NCBI GenBank assembly: GCA_039586795.1
Contig: JBDHJS010000032.1
Coordinates: forward strand, 1 to 64,000
From: Gemmatimonadota bacterium
GTDB lineage: Bacteria > Gemmatimonadota > Gemmatimonadetes > Palauibacterales > KS3-K002
Direction of reading: 5' to 3'
Length of the DNA stretch: 64,000 nucleotides
Of the stretch, positions 49,215 to 60,028 are shown one piece after another. The notes below the pieces were generated by a model, which did no database searches, had not been told where the DNA came from, and worked only from the letters and a program-made list of their open reading frames with translations. Positions within the stretch are counted from its first letter, which is position 1. Each line of letters opens with the position of its first letter. Position numbers and translations under genes: made by a program.

Positions 49215-50389
49215 GTCGATCTTCCGGCGTTTGTCTCCATCAATGCTTTGATTGCGGCTCCGATCGGTACCGGAGGCACACCAGCGAGAATCCGGAAACC
49301 GTCGAGCGCAGTTAGGCGCGCCGCGTAGAAGCGTGCGATTAGGCGTTCCGGCAACGTATAGAACCGCTCCAACACGCGATAGCGCCGATGGGGCTCGGCG
49401 GCGAGGTAGAGCATTCGGTTAAGGCCACGGAAGAGACGCCCAGATCTCCACGAACTCTCGGACAGTCCACGAAGCAGCCGATACGCATCGTTCGGCGTGG
49501 TCTTGGCAAGCAGGTCGGCCGAGCGTACCGCGCTGGGAAGCGAATAGCCTGTAGTCGGATGTACGAGCGCCGCCCGCAGCCCGATCCGCGCCAGGCGATC
49601 GGTGTCGCTCCAGAATTCGTCGATGTCGCCAGACAACAGGACGGGCAATACGCCCGATTCTTCGCGCTGGACTCCGGATACCGACCAGCCCGAACGCTCG
49701 GCGTAGAGAAGGATCTCGTTCCTGATCGCCTGCGCATCGATCTCTGGAGAGTCGCTGTAGTAAGTGTCTTCGATGAGCGCCGTTCGGGATGTGAATGGCA
49801 GGACATAGACGAAACGAAATCCGTCCATCTGGTCGACCGTGGCGTCCATCAGGATGGGATGGTTCAGTTCGATCGGTCGTTCGAAATCGACAACTTGCCC
49901 GAGAAACTTCTGGTAACCTAGACCCAGGGCAGCGCTCGACATAAACCCGCGACCGTCGACGACCGTGGCAGCGCTGTAAACCTCGCCGCTGGCCAGCGTC
50001 ACCGCCTGCTCGGTCATTTCGGAGACCTCGACTCCGAACTGCACCTCCTCGCCGAGGCTCGCTGCGATGCGCTCGTGGAAGTCAGCCGACTCGATGGACT
50101 GATAGCCCTGGGCGATCACTCTGCGATATCTTGGAAAGCGTACCTCGTGCTGCGGCCAGCGGTGACTGACCAACGGTTCCATCCAGGCCTGTTCTTCAGG
50201 CGTCAGGTCCCCGTCGTGAAACGACCAGGTGTGGTTCCCGCCCAGCGTGGGCCCGCGTTCCAAGACTCTGAATTTGAGATCGGGGCGTCGCTCTATGATG
50301 CGGTATGCGGCCAGGCCGTTGGCCAAACCGCCCCCTACGAAGAGATAGTCGAAGTCCATGCGACCCGAGTCAGTGTGTGTCTTGGGCAC
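49211..50389 (-). CDS. crtY: Lycopene beta-cyclase (alternative ATG at 50359)
   Basis: GGGLAN, GGNHTWSF, QKFLG, MDATVDQ and HPTTGYSL motifs. Confidence 0.95.
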   Translation of the reverse strand: MPKTHTDSGRMDFDYLFVGGGLANGLAAYRIIERRPDLKFRVLERGPTLGGNHTWSFHDGDLTPEEQAWMEPLVSHRWPQHEVRFPRYRRVIAQGYQSIESADFHERIAASLGEEVQFGVEVSEMTEQAVTLASGEVYSAATVVDGRGFMSSAALGLGYQKFLGQVVDFERPIELNHPILMDATVDQMDGFRFVYVLPFTSRTALIEDTYYSDSPEIDAQAIRNEILLYAERSGWSVSGVQREESGVLPVLLSGDIDEFWSDTDRLARIGLRAALVHPTTGYSLPSAVRSADLLAKTTPNDAYRLLRGLSESSWRSGRLFRGLNRMLYLAAEPHRRYRVLERFYTLPERLIARFYAARLTALDGFRILAGVPPVPIGAAIKALMETNAGRST

Positions 50390-50460
50390 AGTCCGTAGCT
50401 CTCGGGGAAGATGATACCCCGGCTGTTGCTAGGAAACCCGCGTGCGCCTCACAATGCAGA

Positions 50461-50494
50461 TGGCCGGCGGTCTCCCAGAGGAGGCCGCCGGCCA
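50461..50494 (-). terminator. Hairpin after the S46 peptidase gene
   Basis: TGGCCGGCGGTCTCC-caga-GGAGGCCGCCGGCCA. Confidence 0.65.
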
Positions 50495-50530
50495 CTATTA
50501 AATCGCGGTCGGTAGCGTGCCTTCGCTAGC

Positions 50531-52768
50531 CTACCGTCGGGCCGCGTCTGCCGCCTCCTCGGTCTCGACCATCTGGCCTGTCGTCAACTCCAGCACGATG
50601 CGGTCTGCATCGTAGATGTCATCCAACGCTTCGAGGATACCGCGGACGTCAACGGCGACCGAGCGATTGACGCTAGTGTCATAGATATAGTCGCCGGGCA
50701 GGCTCTCAATGTTGCCATCGAAGATCAGGCCTACGACCTCGAGGTCCTTGTTGATCACCGGCGAACCGGAGTTGCCGCCGATCACGTCGGAGGTCATGAC
50801 GAAGTTGAGCGGCGTCGCCAGGTCGAATTCGGCGGGCGGCGACAGCCAGCGTGCCGGCAGGTCCCACGGCGTGCCGGGACCGCCGTGCGAGTAATATCGA
50901 TCGTACAGACCGTAGAAGGTCGTATAGATGGGCGCCAACGTTCCGTTATACTTGTAGCCCGTCACCACACCATCGGCTATCCGAAGCGAGAACGTGGCGT
51001 CCGGCGGAATCGTGGTTCCGTACACGTCGAACCGGGCCCGCCCCAGCTTGGCGGAGATCGCCTCTTCCTGAGTGTTCAGCTGGCTCATCGCAGTCTGCAT
51101 CTGGACCACGGGCTGGATGATCGCAGCGATCACCTGTACCGCGGGATCCTCCATCGTCAGCACACCCGATTCGATGGCGTCGGCGGCCCGCGCCGAATCG
51201 GCCAGCACGGAGTGGGCTAGTAGATCCTCGGCCGCAGCCTCGGGAGTCCGTCCCTGCAGGATCTGCGACACGACCGCATCATCGGCGCCGAGGTAATCTT
51301 CAAGGTCCCTGAGCCGCGCTTCTAGTAGCCCCTTCTCCAGCGTCGGGTTCTTGTTCCCGATCGCCAGAAGTTGATCCCTGGCTGCTTGAGCTCCCTGGCC
51401 GAGATACTGATACGCGGCGAGAGCGCGTAGCATGGTGGCCGAGGTCCAGTTGGGACTGCCGATGGCGAAATAGGCGCCGAACTCCGGACCCAGCGCCGTC
51501 ATCTGCTCTTGCGTCTCCGTCATCTGATCGAACAGGTCGCCGTATTCTGCACTGAGCGCCGGGTCCGCGTTTACGGCTTCACGGAATTGGCGTTCCGAGT
51601 CGGCGCGCCTGGCCATGTACTCCGAGTTGTACAGACCCTCCACCATCCCGCGGTAGGCCTTCTGGGAGTTCTCGAGGCTGAAGATCAAGTTGCGCGTGTC
51701 AGCCTCCTCCGCGCCTTCCGGATCGGCGTCGTAGTAAGCGCGCAGGGCCTCGAGGCGCGTATCGATGAACCCGAGAATCGTCTTGTCGCCGACGACGCGA
51801 CGGTAGTCGAGCTGTGATACGGTCTGCAGACGGCTGCTACCGCCCGGGTTCCCAATGACGAAGACGGCGTCACCCTCTTCGACCCCCTCTTCGCTCCACG
51901 TGAAATACACGTCGCTCTGAAGCGGTGCGCCGTTCTCGTCGTAGATCCGATAGAACGACATGTCGAGGTTATAGCGTGGATAGGTGAAGTTGTCGGGGTC
52001 GCCACCGAAGAAACCGATCTGCAATTCGGGCGCGAGCACCAAACGCACGTCGGTGTAACGGCGAAACACGTAGGCCGAGTACTTCGCCCCGTTCCACAGC
52101 GCGATCACCTGCACCAGATAGCCGGCCTCTTCACCGCCGCGCTCCACGGAGATGTTCTCGGCGATCGAATCCTGCGAGGCCTCGATGGCCTGCGTCAGCG
52201 CCGCGTCGGTCGTGGCGCTGGCCGTGGCGGTCATCACCCGGTCGGTCACGTCGATGATCTCGATCAGCTGGTCGGCGGTCTGGCTCGATGTCCGCTCACT
52301 GTCGAGGCGCGTCGCGTAGAAGCCGTTGTCCAGCAGGTTCTCGCCCTCTCCGCTCACCTCGGTGACACTGCCGCGAGCGCAGTGATGGTTGGTCATCACC
52401 AGGCCGTTGGGCGACACGAACGACGCCGAACAACCTTGAATTCGTAAGGCGCCGAGCCGCGCTTTCTCGAACCACTCTTCATCCGGATTGAAGCCGTATT
52501 CCTGGCTGAAATACTCGAGCGGCGCGTACTCGAATGTCCACATCCTGCCGTTATCGAACTTCCCAGCCTTCACATCTTCGGCTACGGTCGGGCTGGACGC
52601 TGGTGGTAGTGTCGCCTCGGGGGCTGCCGGCATCACTTGCGCCGCCGGCTCCGGGCTCGGGGCCGGCTCCGTGTCGCCACCGGACGTGGAGCTACAGCCG
52701 GTGGCCAACAGGAAGGCTGCGGCGGGCAGCAAGCGGCCCCAAAGGAACGGATGATTCGGGTTCTTCAT
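50531..52768 (-). CDS. S46-family dipeptidyl peptidase, lipoprotein
   Basis: Lipobox ATGC, TNHHC, GGDPDNF and GGNSGS motifs. Confidence 0.94.
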   Translation of the reverse strand: MKNPNHPFLWGRLLPAAAFLLATGCSSTSGGDTEPAPSPEPAAQVMPAAPEATLPPASSPTVAEDVKAGKFDNGRMWTFEYAPLEYFSQEYGFNPDEEWFEKARLGALRIQGCSASFVSPNGLVMTNHHCARGSVTEVSGEGENLLDNGFYATRLDSERTSSQTADQLIEIIDVTDRVMTATASATTDAALTQAIEASQDSIAENISVERGGEEAGYLVQVIALWNGAKYSAYVFRRYTDVRLVLAPELQIGFFGGDPDNFTYPRYNLDMSFYRIYDENGAPLQSDVYFTWSEEGVEEGDAVFVIGNPGGSSRLQTVSQLDYRRVVGDKTILGFIDTRLEALRAYYDADPEGAEEADTRNLIFSLENSQKAYRGMVEGLYNSEYMARRADSERQFREAVNADPALSAEYGDLFDQMTETQEQMTALGPEFGAYFAIGSPNWTSATMLRALAAYQYLGQGAQAARDQLLAIGNKNPTLEKGLLEARLRDLEDYLGADDAVVSQILQGRTPEAAAEDLLAHSVLADSARAADAIESGVLTMEDPAVQVIAAIIQPVVQMQTAMSQLNTQEEAISAKLGRARFDVYGTTIPPDATFSLRIADGVVTGYKYNGTLAPIYTTFYGLYDRYYSHGGPGTPWDLPARWLSPPAEFDLATPLNFVMTSDVIGGNSGSPVINKDLEVVGLIFDGNIESLPGDYIYDTSVNRSVAVDVRGILEALDDIYDADRIVLELTTGQMVETEEAADAARR

Positions 52769-52999
52769 GATTCTCGACTCGCGTTTCAGGTGTGCGATTC
52801 TGGATACCCTTATTTGGACGCGGAATGTGGTCAACCTGTTCCACCGGGGCAACATGCGTGCCGTGGACAGGAATGAAAGGGTGGTGGCCGCAAGCCGAAG
52901 CAGTGCCCCTTCGGGCGTCTCACGGCTAGCCTGAACTGGCGGAATGGCTCCTCCTCAGGTACAATTCGTCGGTTTCAGCGCAATCCCAAGAGGAGAAAC

Positions 53000-55900
53000 T
53001 TGCCGAAGCGGGAAGACATAAAAAGCGTCCTGCTGCTGGGCAGCGGGCCGATCGTGATCGGACAGGCCTGCGAGTTCGACTATTCGGGCACGCAGGCCGT
53101 TCGCGCACTGAGGGAAGAGGGCTACCGGGTCATCCTGGTGAACTCGAACCCAGCCACGATCATGACGGATCCGGACCTGGCCGACGCCACCTATATCGAG
53201 CCGCTCACCCCGGAGTGGGTCGAACGGGTGATCGAGAAAGAGCGGCCTGACGCACTATTGCCCACCATGGGCGGCCAGGTGGGGCTCAATGTGTCCCTCG
53301 AGCTCTTCGATTCCGGCGTGCTCGAGAAGTACGGCGTCGAGCTGATCGGGGCGGATGCAAGAGCGATCCGACTGGCCGAGAACCGGGAAGAATTCGCGGG
53401 GGCGATGAGGCGGATCGGGCTCGACGTCCCTCACGGCGGGTTCGCTCATTCGTTGCAGGAGGCGCAGGCGGTAGCGGAGAAGACGGGCTTTCCCGCCATC
53501 GTACGTCCCTCGTTTACGCTGGGCGGCACGGGCGGTGGCATCGCTTACAATCGCGAGGAATTCGAGCAGGTCGCACGCACCGGGCTGGACGCTTCGCCGG
53601 TCGGCGAAATCCTCATCGACAAGAGCGTCATCGGCTGGAAAGAGTTCGAGCTCGAGGTGATGCGCGATCACGCCGACAACGTGGTCATCGTTTGCTCGAT
53701 TGAGAACTTCGACGCGATGGGCGTGCATACCGGCGACTCGATCACCGTCGCCCCGGCTATGACGCTCTCCGACGCCGAGTACCAGGTGCTCCGCGACGGC
53801 GCGATCGCCTGCATCCGAGAGATCGGGGTCGATGCAGGTGGCTGCAACATCCAGTTCGCCGTGAATCCCGAGAACGGTGAAGTGATCGTGATCGAGATGA
53901 ACCCGCGGGTCTCACGCTCATCAGCTCTGGCGTCCAAGGCCACGGGGTTCCCGATCGCCCGAATCGGTACGAAGCTGGCCGTCGGTTACCGCCTCGACGA
54001 GCTTCCCAACGCGATCACGCTGAAAACGCCTGCTTCTTTCGAGCCGGTGCTCGACTACGTCGTCGTCAAGATTCCTCGCTTCGCTTTCGAGAAGTTCCCC
54101 AAGGCGGATCCGACCCTGGGCGTTCAGATGAAAGCGGTGGGCGAGGTGATGGCGATTGGCCGGACGTTCAAAGAAGCCTGGATGAAAGGATTCCGCTCGC
54201 TCGAGAACGGCCGCGCCGGCTGGACGATCGGCGAAACACCGGCCGACGATGGATTGCCGGACGAGGATCTCGAGTCGCTCATCTCGGCGTTGCGGCGGCC
54301 AACGGCCGATCGCGCGTTCCAGGTCAAGCGAGCCTTGCACGCGGGCTTCACGACGGAAGAGATCTTCGAAGCTAGTCATATCGATCCGTGGTTCATCGAG
54401 CAGCTGCGAGAGTTGGTCGACGCGGAGACATGGTACGCGTCGCTCGACGAACCGACGCGCGAAGCGACCTGGGAGCTGAAGCGGCTCGGATTCGGCGATC
54501 GCCACCTGGGTGAGGTACGCGACGAGAAGGAAGACGCGGTTCGCGAACGCCGCTGGGATTGGGACATTCACCCGTCGTATAAGATGGTAGATACATGCGC
54601 CGGGGAGTTTCCCGCCGCGACACCGTATCTGTACAGCACGTACGAGGAGGAGAACGAGTCCGTCGAGAGCAGTCGCCGCACGGTCGTCGTCCTGGGGAGC
54701 GGCCCCAATCGCATTGGGCAGGGCGTCGAGTTCGACTACTGCTGCGTCTCGGCCGCCTTCGCCCTGGCCGAGGAGGGGTTCGAGACGATCATGGTGAACT
54801 CGAACCCGGAGACAGTATCCACCGACTTCGACGTCAGCGACAAACTCTACTTCGAGCCGCTCACCCTAGAGGATGTGCTCGAGATCGTTCATCTTGAGAA
54901 GCCTGAAGGCGTCGTCGTGCAGAGCGATCATGGCGTGCCGATCCTGGGCACACCGGTCGACGCGATCGACCGGGCTGAGGACCGCGAGCGATTTGAGGCG
55001 CTCGCTCGTGAGCTGAGCATAGATCAGCCGCCGAACGGTCTGGCGATGAGCGAGGAAGAGGCGCTCGAAGTCGCGGGAAGAATCGGCTATCCGGTGCTTG
55101 TGCGACCCAGCTACGTGCTGGGCGGACGGGCGATGGAGATCGTTTACGACGAGGAATCGCTCCGCAGCTACTTCGAGCGCGCGATTCGGGCTTCGCCTGA
55201 GCATCCCGTGCTCATCGACAGCTTTCTCGAAGACGCGTTCGAGGCCGACGTCGATGCGGTGTCGGACGGCGAGAGTGTGCTGATCGGTGGCGTAATGCAG
55301 CACATCGAAGATGCGGGCATCCACTCGGGCGACTCCGCCTGTGTCGTTCCGCCCTATCTGCTGCGTGATGAGCACGTCGATCAGATGAAGCAGCACGCGC
55401 GCGCTCTGGCGCAGGCGCTCGGCGTTGTCGGCCTGATCAACGTGCAGTTCGCCGTGAAAGACGGGACCGTCTATGTCCTGGAGGTCAATCCGCGGGCCAG
55501 CCGCACGATTCCGTTCCTCAGCAAGGCCACGGGGGTGCAGCTGGCACGGCTGGCCGCGCGCTTCATGATCGGCCGCAAGCTAGCCGAGTTTGACTTGTCG
55601 ACCAACGGCGACTTGCAGGGCGTCGCCGTGAAAGAGTCGGTCTTCCCGTTCGAGAAGCTCCCCGGAGTCGATGCATTGCTCGGGCCCGAGATGCGTTCGA
55701 CGGGTGAGGTTATGGGGATAGCCGATTCTTTCGGGATGGCGATCGCCAAGGCGCAGGTCGCGGGCGGCAACCCACTGCCGCTTTCCGGACGCATCGTGGT
55801 TACGGTGCATGAGGAAGACAAGCCGAATGTGACGCCGATCGTCCGACGATTCCACGAGCTGGGATTCGAGATTTGGGCGACGGGCGGAACCGCACGCTAC

Positions 55901-56197
55901 CTTCGCGGGCGCGGGATACCGGCGCAGCCGGTCCTCAAAGTCCACGAGGGGCGCCCACACATCGTCGATCACTTAATATCTGGCGAGATCGCTCTGTTGA
56001 TCAACACTCCGCTCGGCAAGCACGCCCAGTTCGATGATTACGCAATCCGGCGGGCGGCTATCCAGCACCGCGTCCCGTATACCACGACGCTCTCGGGTGC
56101 GTCGGCCCTCTGTGATGCGGTGATCGCACTGCGGCACCGGAAGCTTCAGGTGATGAGTCTGCAGGATCGGGCTCAACGGGCGACGCCAGGGGTATAG
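53000..56197 (+). CDS. carB: Carbamoyl-phosphate synthase large subunit, with an apparent short in-frame deletion near 54922
   Basis: [17 protein letters not shown], duplicated ATP-grasp halves, MGS domain. Confidence 0.97.
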   Translation: MPKREDIKSVLLLGSGPIVIGQACEFDYSGTQAVRALREEGYRVILVNSNPATIMTDPDLADATYIEPLTPEWVERVIEKERPDALLPTMGGQVGLNVSLELFDSGVLEKYGVELIGADARAIRLAENREEFAGAMRRIGLDVPHGGFAHSLQEAQAVAEKTGFPAIVRPSFTLGGTGGGIAYNREEFEQVARTGLDASPVGEILIDKSVIGWKEFELEVMRDHADNVVIVCSIENFDAMGVHTGDSITVAPAMTLSDAEYQVLRDGAIACIREIGVDAGGCNIQFAVNPENGEVIVIEMNPRVSRSSALASKATGFPIARIGTKLAVGYRLDELPNAITLKTPASFEPVLDYVVVKIPRFAFEKFPKADPTLGVQMKAVGEVMAIGRTFKEAWMKGFRSLENGRAGWTIGETPADDGLPDEDLESLISALRRPTADRAFQVKRALHAGFTTEEIFEASHIDPWFIEQLRELVDAETWYASLDEPTREATWELKRLGFGDRHLGEVRDEKEDAVRERRWDWDIHPSYKMVDTCAGEFPAATPYLYSTYEEENESVESSRRTVVVLGSGPNRIGQGVEFDYCCVSAAFALAEEGFETIMVNSNPETVSTDFDVSDKLYFEPLTLEDVLEIVHLEKPEGVVVQSDHGVPILGTPVDAIDRAEDRERFEALARELSIDQPPNGLAMSEEEALEVAGRIGYPVLVRPSYVLGGRAMEIVYDEESLRSYFERAIRASPEHPVLIDSFLEDAFEADVDAVSDGESVLIGGVMQHIEDAGIHSGDSACVVPPYLLRDEHVDQMKQHARALAQALGVVGLINVQFAVKDGTVYVLEVNPRASRTIPFLSKATGVQLARLAARFMIGRKLAEFDLSTNGDLQGVAVKESVFPFEKLPGVDALLGPEMRSTGEVMGIADSFGMAIAKAQVAGGNPLPLSGRIVVTVHEEDKPNVTPIVRRFHELGFEIWATGGTARYLRGRGIPAQPVLKVHEGRPHIVDHLISGEIALLINTPLGKHAQFDDYAIRRAAIQHRVPYTTTLSGASALCDAVIALRHRKLQVMSLQDRAQRATPGV

Positions 56198-56257
56198 AAG
56201 CGCACAGAGACAAGGCAGTGTTTGGAAGTCGCGTTATTGCGGAGGACTTTGACCGGC

Positions 56258-58192
56258 ATGACACAGCTGATCGGGCGAGTCGTCGGTACCGAGCGAAAGC
56301 CCAACACCACACATGAGTTCCACTTCTGGACCAATCTGGAAGCTCAGATTGGCATCGGCTCGATCGTCAAGGTCGTGGCGAATACGCAGACGGTATACGG
56401 CGTGGTGGTCGAGGGGTTCAGCTATTCCGATCTGATGTCACCGCTCCATGACTACATCGGCGCCGACGCCGACCCGGAAGCCGAATCGCGTTCCGCGTCC
56501 CAGCGACCCGAGATCCGCCTCTACTCTGCCGCTGTGCTACGCCGCGAGCCTGAAGAACCGGTCCAACCCGTCCCAATGGGCGCCGTCTTCCTGGCGGACG
56601 ACCACGACGTCGTCGTCGGGTTGCGGATGGACACCTACGTCGGGGTCGAAGAGGAGACGGGTATCCCCCTCGGCCTCTACACGAGCGGCGGTCTGGAGGC
56701 GAAGGTCTATCTCGACGCCGATTTCTTGCTAGGCCCGGAAGCCGCTCACATGAACATCACGGGCGTGAGCGGTCTAGCCACAAAGACCAGCCTGGTCGAG
56801 TTCCTGCTGGCTTCGATCTTCGAGTACATGCCACCGGCCAAGGGATCGGTCGCTGCCGTCGCCTTCAACGTAAAAGGCCCCGATCTATTGTTCCTCGACC
56901 AGGCCGGCGAGCTGGACGAGAACGACCTTCGCATGTACGGACAGCTCGGCGTGCCAGCGCGACCATTCGAGGTGGTACGGTACTACGCGCCGTACAAGGC
57001 AGACGGTTGGAACCTGAACACTCTTCGTACGCACCCGGACCTGGTCGACAACGTCGAGTCGCTGCGCTGGGGATTGAAAGAAGTGATGCAGTTTTCCGAG
57101 GTACTGCTCACTCGAGATGATCTGGATGCCAAGGCGGACGCGCTGGTCGATTTCATACGCGATCGCGTTCTCGATCAACAGTTCGGACCCAGCCTCGGGC
57201 ACCTTGTCGCGCGCGAGCATACGGTGCGCACGTTCCGTGACCTCGAGGACTGGTTCGACGATGTATTGGCCTTCTGCGAGATGAACGGGACCGACCGCTG
57301 GATGACGCATCATACGGCGACGATCCGCAAGGTGCGAAATCGTCTGAACGGTATCGTCAGTCGTGCGCACGGTCTCGTCGTAAACGATGATGCGGTCAAC
57401 GATCTTCCGTGGGGTGAGTTCGAAGACCGATCTGTCTATGTCGTTGATGTGGCGAATGTCGAGCCGGAGGCCCAGGACCTGGTCTTCGCCAGGGTAGTCT
57501 CGAAGCTGCGCGAGGGGCTGGAGTCCGGGACGTTGGGCGTCAAGCACGTAGTCGTGCTTGCCGATGAGCTGAACAAGTATGCGCCGTCGGATGGGCCCGA
57601 CACCTATGTGCGAAAGATGCTCCTCGACATCAGCGAGCGCGGTCGATATCTGGGGCTGGTGCTGTTGGGCGCACAGCAGTTTCGCTCACAGGTGCATCGA
57701 CGCGTCGTGGGCAATAGCGGTTCGTCTGTCTACGGGCGCATGGATATGGACGAACTGGCGACACCCGGTTACGCGGTGCTATCCCCGGCCACGAAGACCA
57801 AGCTGGCCAGTCTTCCCAAAGGCGACCTCATGGTTCGGCACCCCCACTTCACACAGCCGGTCTTTGTGCGCTTTCCAAGGCCGACCGTGATGCGCGGCCG
57901 AGATGGAATCGAGCGATTTCCGCCGCGCCAGGAGGTTCCGTTCGAGGATGCGATCGCGCTTGGCTTGAAGCGTCTCGACGGGAAGGTCAAGGCGAACGAG
58001 GTGAAAGATGCTATCGCGGGCCGCGATCGGGACGAGGTCTTACGGGCCTATCACCACACGGAGCGTGCGCGGCCAGACAATGCTATGCGCTTCTTCACGT
58101 CGCGCCTAAAGAGGAAGATGGTATCCGAGGTCGTTGATTCGACCCCACGGCCGGTACCGGTTCCCGACGATCCTTACGGAGGTGATCGGTAG
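56258..58192 (+). CDS. herA: HerA-family ATPase (HAS barrel plus FtsK/HerA ATPase)
   Basis: N-terminal IGRVVGT; variant Walker A GVSGLATKT; Walker B LADELNKYAP; ERGRYLG and AQQ motifs. Confidence 0.87.
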   Translation: MTQLIGRVVGTERKPNTTHEFHFWTNLEAQIGIGSIVKVVANTQTVYGVVVEGFSYSDLMSPLHDYIGADADPEAESRSASQRPEIRLYSAAVLRREPEEPVQPVPMGAVFLADDHDVVVGLRMDTYVGVEEETGIPLGLYTSGGLEAKVYLDADFLLGPEAAHMNITGVSGLATKTSLVEFLLASIFEYMPPAKGSVAAVAFNVKGPDLLFLDQAGELDENDLRMYGQLGVPARPFEVVRYYAPYKADGWNLNTLRTHPDLVDNVESLRWGLKEVMQFSEVLLTRDDLDAKADALVDFIRDRVLDQQFGPSLGHLVAREHTVRTFRDLEDWFDDVLAFCEMNGTDRWMTHHTATIRKVRNRLNGIVSRAHGLVVNDDAVNDLPWGEFEDRSVYVVDVANVEPEAQDLVFARVVSKLREGLESGTLGVKHVVVLADELNKYAPSDGPDTYVRKMLLDISERGRYLGLVLLGAQQFRSQVHRRVVGNSGSSVYGRMDMDELATPGYAVLSPATKTKLASLPKGDLMVRHPHFTQPVFVRFPRPTVMRGRDGIERFPPRQEVPFEDAIALGLKRLDGKVKANEVKDAIAGRDRDEVLRAYHHTERARPDNAMRFFTSRLKRKMVSEVVDSTPRPVPVPDDPYGGDR

Positions 58193-58193
58193 C

Positions 58194-59081
58194 ATGAATC
58201 GCAGACGACTGTTCTCAGCCAGTCTCTGCCTGGTCATCGCCGGCTACGCACCGCCGGCTTATGCTCAGGAACCTGGCGGAGAAGCAACAGGACGTCGTGT
58301 ATTTCTCCGGTTGGCCGCGGACTCGGGCGCTGTGGGGCACTTCAGGTTCACCGGCCAGGGACAGAGCCAGCTGGTGTTTGACATACCTCCCGATGACCCC
58401 AGGAACGAACTGCTTGCTTCCATCACGCAGCCGAAGACGATCACCCGGGATATCGCGGGGACGATCGTATCCACGCCTGCTGAAGGTGACGACGAGCGTC
58501 GCTACCTGATCTACTGGCTCGGCTACCGGTTGGCAGGGATAGAGGAGGATCGCAGCCTCACGCCAATACAGTGGGACAGCATTTTCCAGGCGGCCGGTCG
58601 CCGTGCTGAACTTCGGTTCACCGCTCGGGGACAACCCCGTGGCGTTCAGGTATCATCGGAAGCTGTGCGCCCCGTGGCGCAGTCGCTGGCGGACGTGTTG
58701 GCGGGGCTTGCGTTGGCGCTTCCAGCCGACTCGGTTGGACCGACCGATAGGTGGAGAGACGAGTTGGCCGTCCCCGTCGAAGGGCTGGACGGGTCGAAGA
58801 AGCTCGTCGTCGTGGAGGTGTCTTACCGACTAACTGAGTTGCAGGTGGAGCCCGGTGGAGTTAAGGCACATATCGAATTTGATGGCGCGCCAGTGCGCAT
58901 CGGCGACGACTCTGGAGAGGTGACGGGAAAGTACTTTGGAGAGAGCGTCTTTTCGGTTGATGGTGGCAGATACGAGCAAGTGATGGCCATCGCCAACCTG
59001 GAGATAAAGTGGAAGGACAGCAGTGGGCTGCCACCCAGCCGAACCATTCTCGAATGGCGGGGGCAGCTGGTTCGCAGGTAG
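58194..59081 (+). CDS. Secreted beta-rich hypothetical protein
   Basis: Signal peptide ending AYA-Q; LPADSVGPTDRW motif. Confidence 0.8.
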   Translation: MNRRRLFSASLCLVIAGYAPPAYAQEPGGEATGRRVFLRLAADSGAVGHFRFTGQGQSQLVFDIPPDDPRNELLASITQPKTITRDIAGTIVSTPAEGDDERRYLIYWLGYRLAGIEEDRSLTPIQWDSIFQAAGRRAELRFTARGQPRGVQVSSEAVRPVAQSLADVLAGLALALPADSVGPTDRWRDELAVPVEGLDGSKKLVVVEVSYRLTELQVEPGGVKAHIEFDGAPVRIGDDSGEVTGKYFGESVFSVDGGRYEQVMAIANLEIKWKDSSGLPPSRTILEWRGQLVRR

Positions 59082-59137
59082 AGCACTTGTCGTTTTGGGC
59101 GCCGAAGTCGGGCTGGTCAGCTGTGTTCGCTCCTAAC

Positions 59138-60028
59138 ATGATTCGTTCTCTTCTTGTTGCGTTGCCGCAGCTCGCTTTCCTAGCGACCGCGTTGGCCACG
59201 GGTCAGGAACCGGCCTATCGTCTCCATCTCACGGAAGAAGTTGGGCAGATCAGTAGTTATCGTCTGGTGTTCGATCTGGAGATGCGGGCCGAGTATACCG
59301 GGGGCGGCGAACTGAGTAGCGCTACTCGACAGTTCATGGCAGCGCTTTCGGAAGGGATGAGAGTGCGGACGGCCGTTGAGTATGATGAACGTCTGGTGGC
59401 GGTGGAGGAAGATGGGGTGCGAACGTTCGATGTCCGTTGGCACGACTACAAATTCCAGGGCCTCATCGGTGGAGAAGAGATACCAGAACCTCCAGGTCGC
59501 GCGGAAGCGACACGTGATCTGCTTGCGGCCAGCGCGGCGCGCGTGAAGACAACGCCTTCCGGCCGCACGATCGAAGTCGAGTACTCGAACCCACAGGTGG
59601 AGACGTTTGTTCGGCAATTCGAACAGGCAGGCATGCCAACCTACCTGCCGGAGACCGCCGTTGCCGTCGGCGACAGCTGGACTAGCCGCGCAAGTTTTCC
59701 GTTGGGGGCGGGCGCCGGGGCAGGGACGATGGAGCTCGATCTCGTCCACACGTTCACAGAACTACGCCAGGGCCCGGATGGCCCGATCGTAGTAATCGAA
59801 ATCGCCGGGTCGTACTCACAGCTTCAGGGTTTGGAGGATGTGGGGATAGGGGCGCCCCTACATATGGACGCGCGCTTGACGGGCGTGTCTCTGTTTGACA
59901 TTACCTGGGGGCGCTTCGTGGGTGGAGACTTCCAGCTAGATATGTTCGCCCTCAGCGCTTCAGAAGAAGTGGAGATTCAACTGACGGGACACGCCAACGG
60001 GAAACTCGAGCTCTTGAGCGGATCATGA
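59138..60028 (+). CDS. Secreted beta-rich hypothetical protein, paralogue of the preceding gene
   Basis: Signal peptide; LPETAVAVGDSW motif; ATGA overlap with sbcD. Confidence 0.8.
   Translation: MIRSLLVALPQLAFLATALATGQEPAYRLHLTEEVGQISSYRLVFDLEMRAEYTGGGELSSATRQFMAALSEGMRVRTAVEYDERLVAVEEDGVRTFDVRWHDYKFQGLIGGEEIPEPPGRAEATRDLLAASAARVKTTPSGRTIEVEYSNPQVETFVRQFEQAGMPTYLPETAVAVGDSWTSRASFPLGAGAGAGTMELDLVHTFTELRQGPDGPIVVIEIAGSYSQLQGLEDVGIGAPLHMDARLTGVSLFDITWGRFVGGDFQLDMFALSASEEVEIQLTGHANGKLELLSGS

Noticed and set aside
46275..50389. Rhodopsin/retinal or photosynthesis gene cluster
   Set aside because: No opsin, blh, bch or puf genes in the window
52860..52926. Possible structured RNA upstream of carB (GCCGTG/CACGGC stem with GCAA- and TTCG-containing loops)
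   Set aside because: Inner stems are only 3-4 bp and I could not match a PyrR site or known riboswitch; an Infernal/Rfam search would be needed
56258..58192. HerA as an antiphage system (Sir2-HerA or DUF4297-HerA)
   Set aside because: No Sir2 or nuclease effector gene is adjacent; the context is carB and sbcCD
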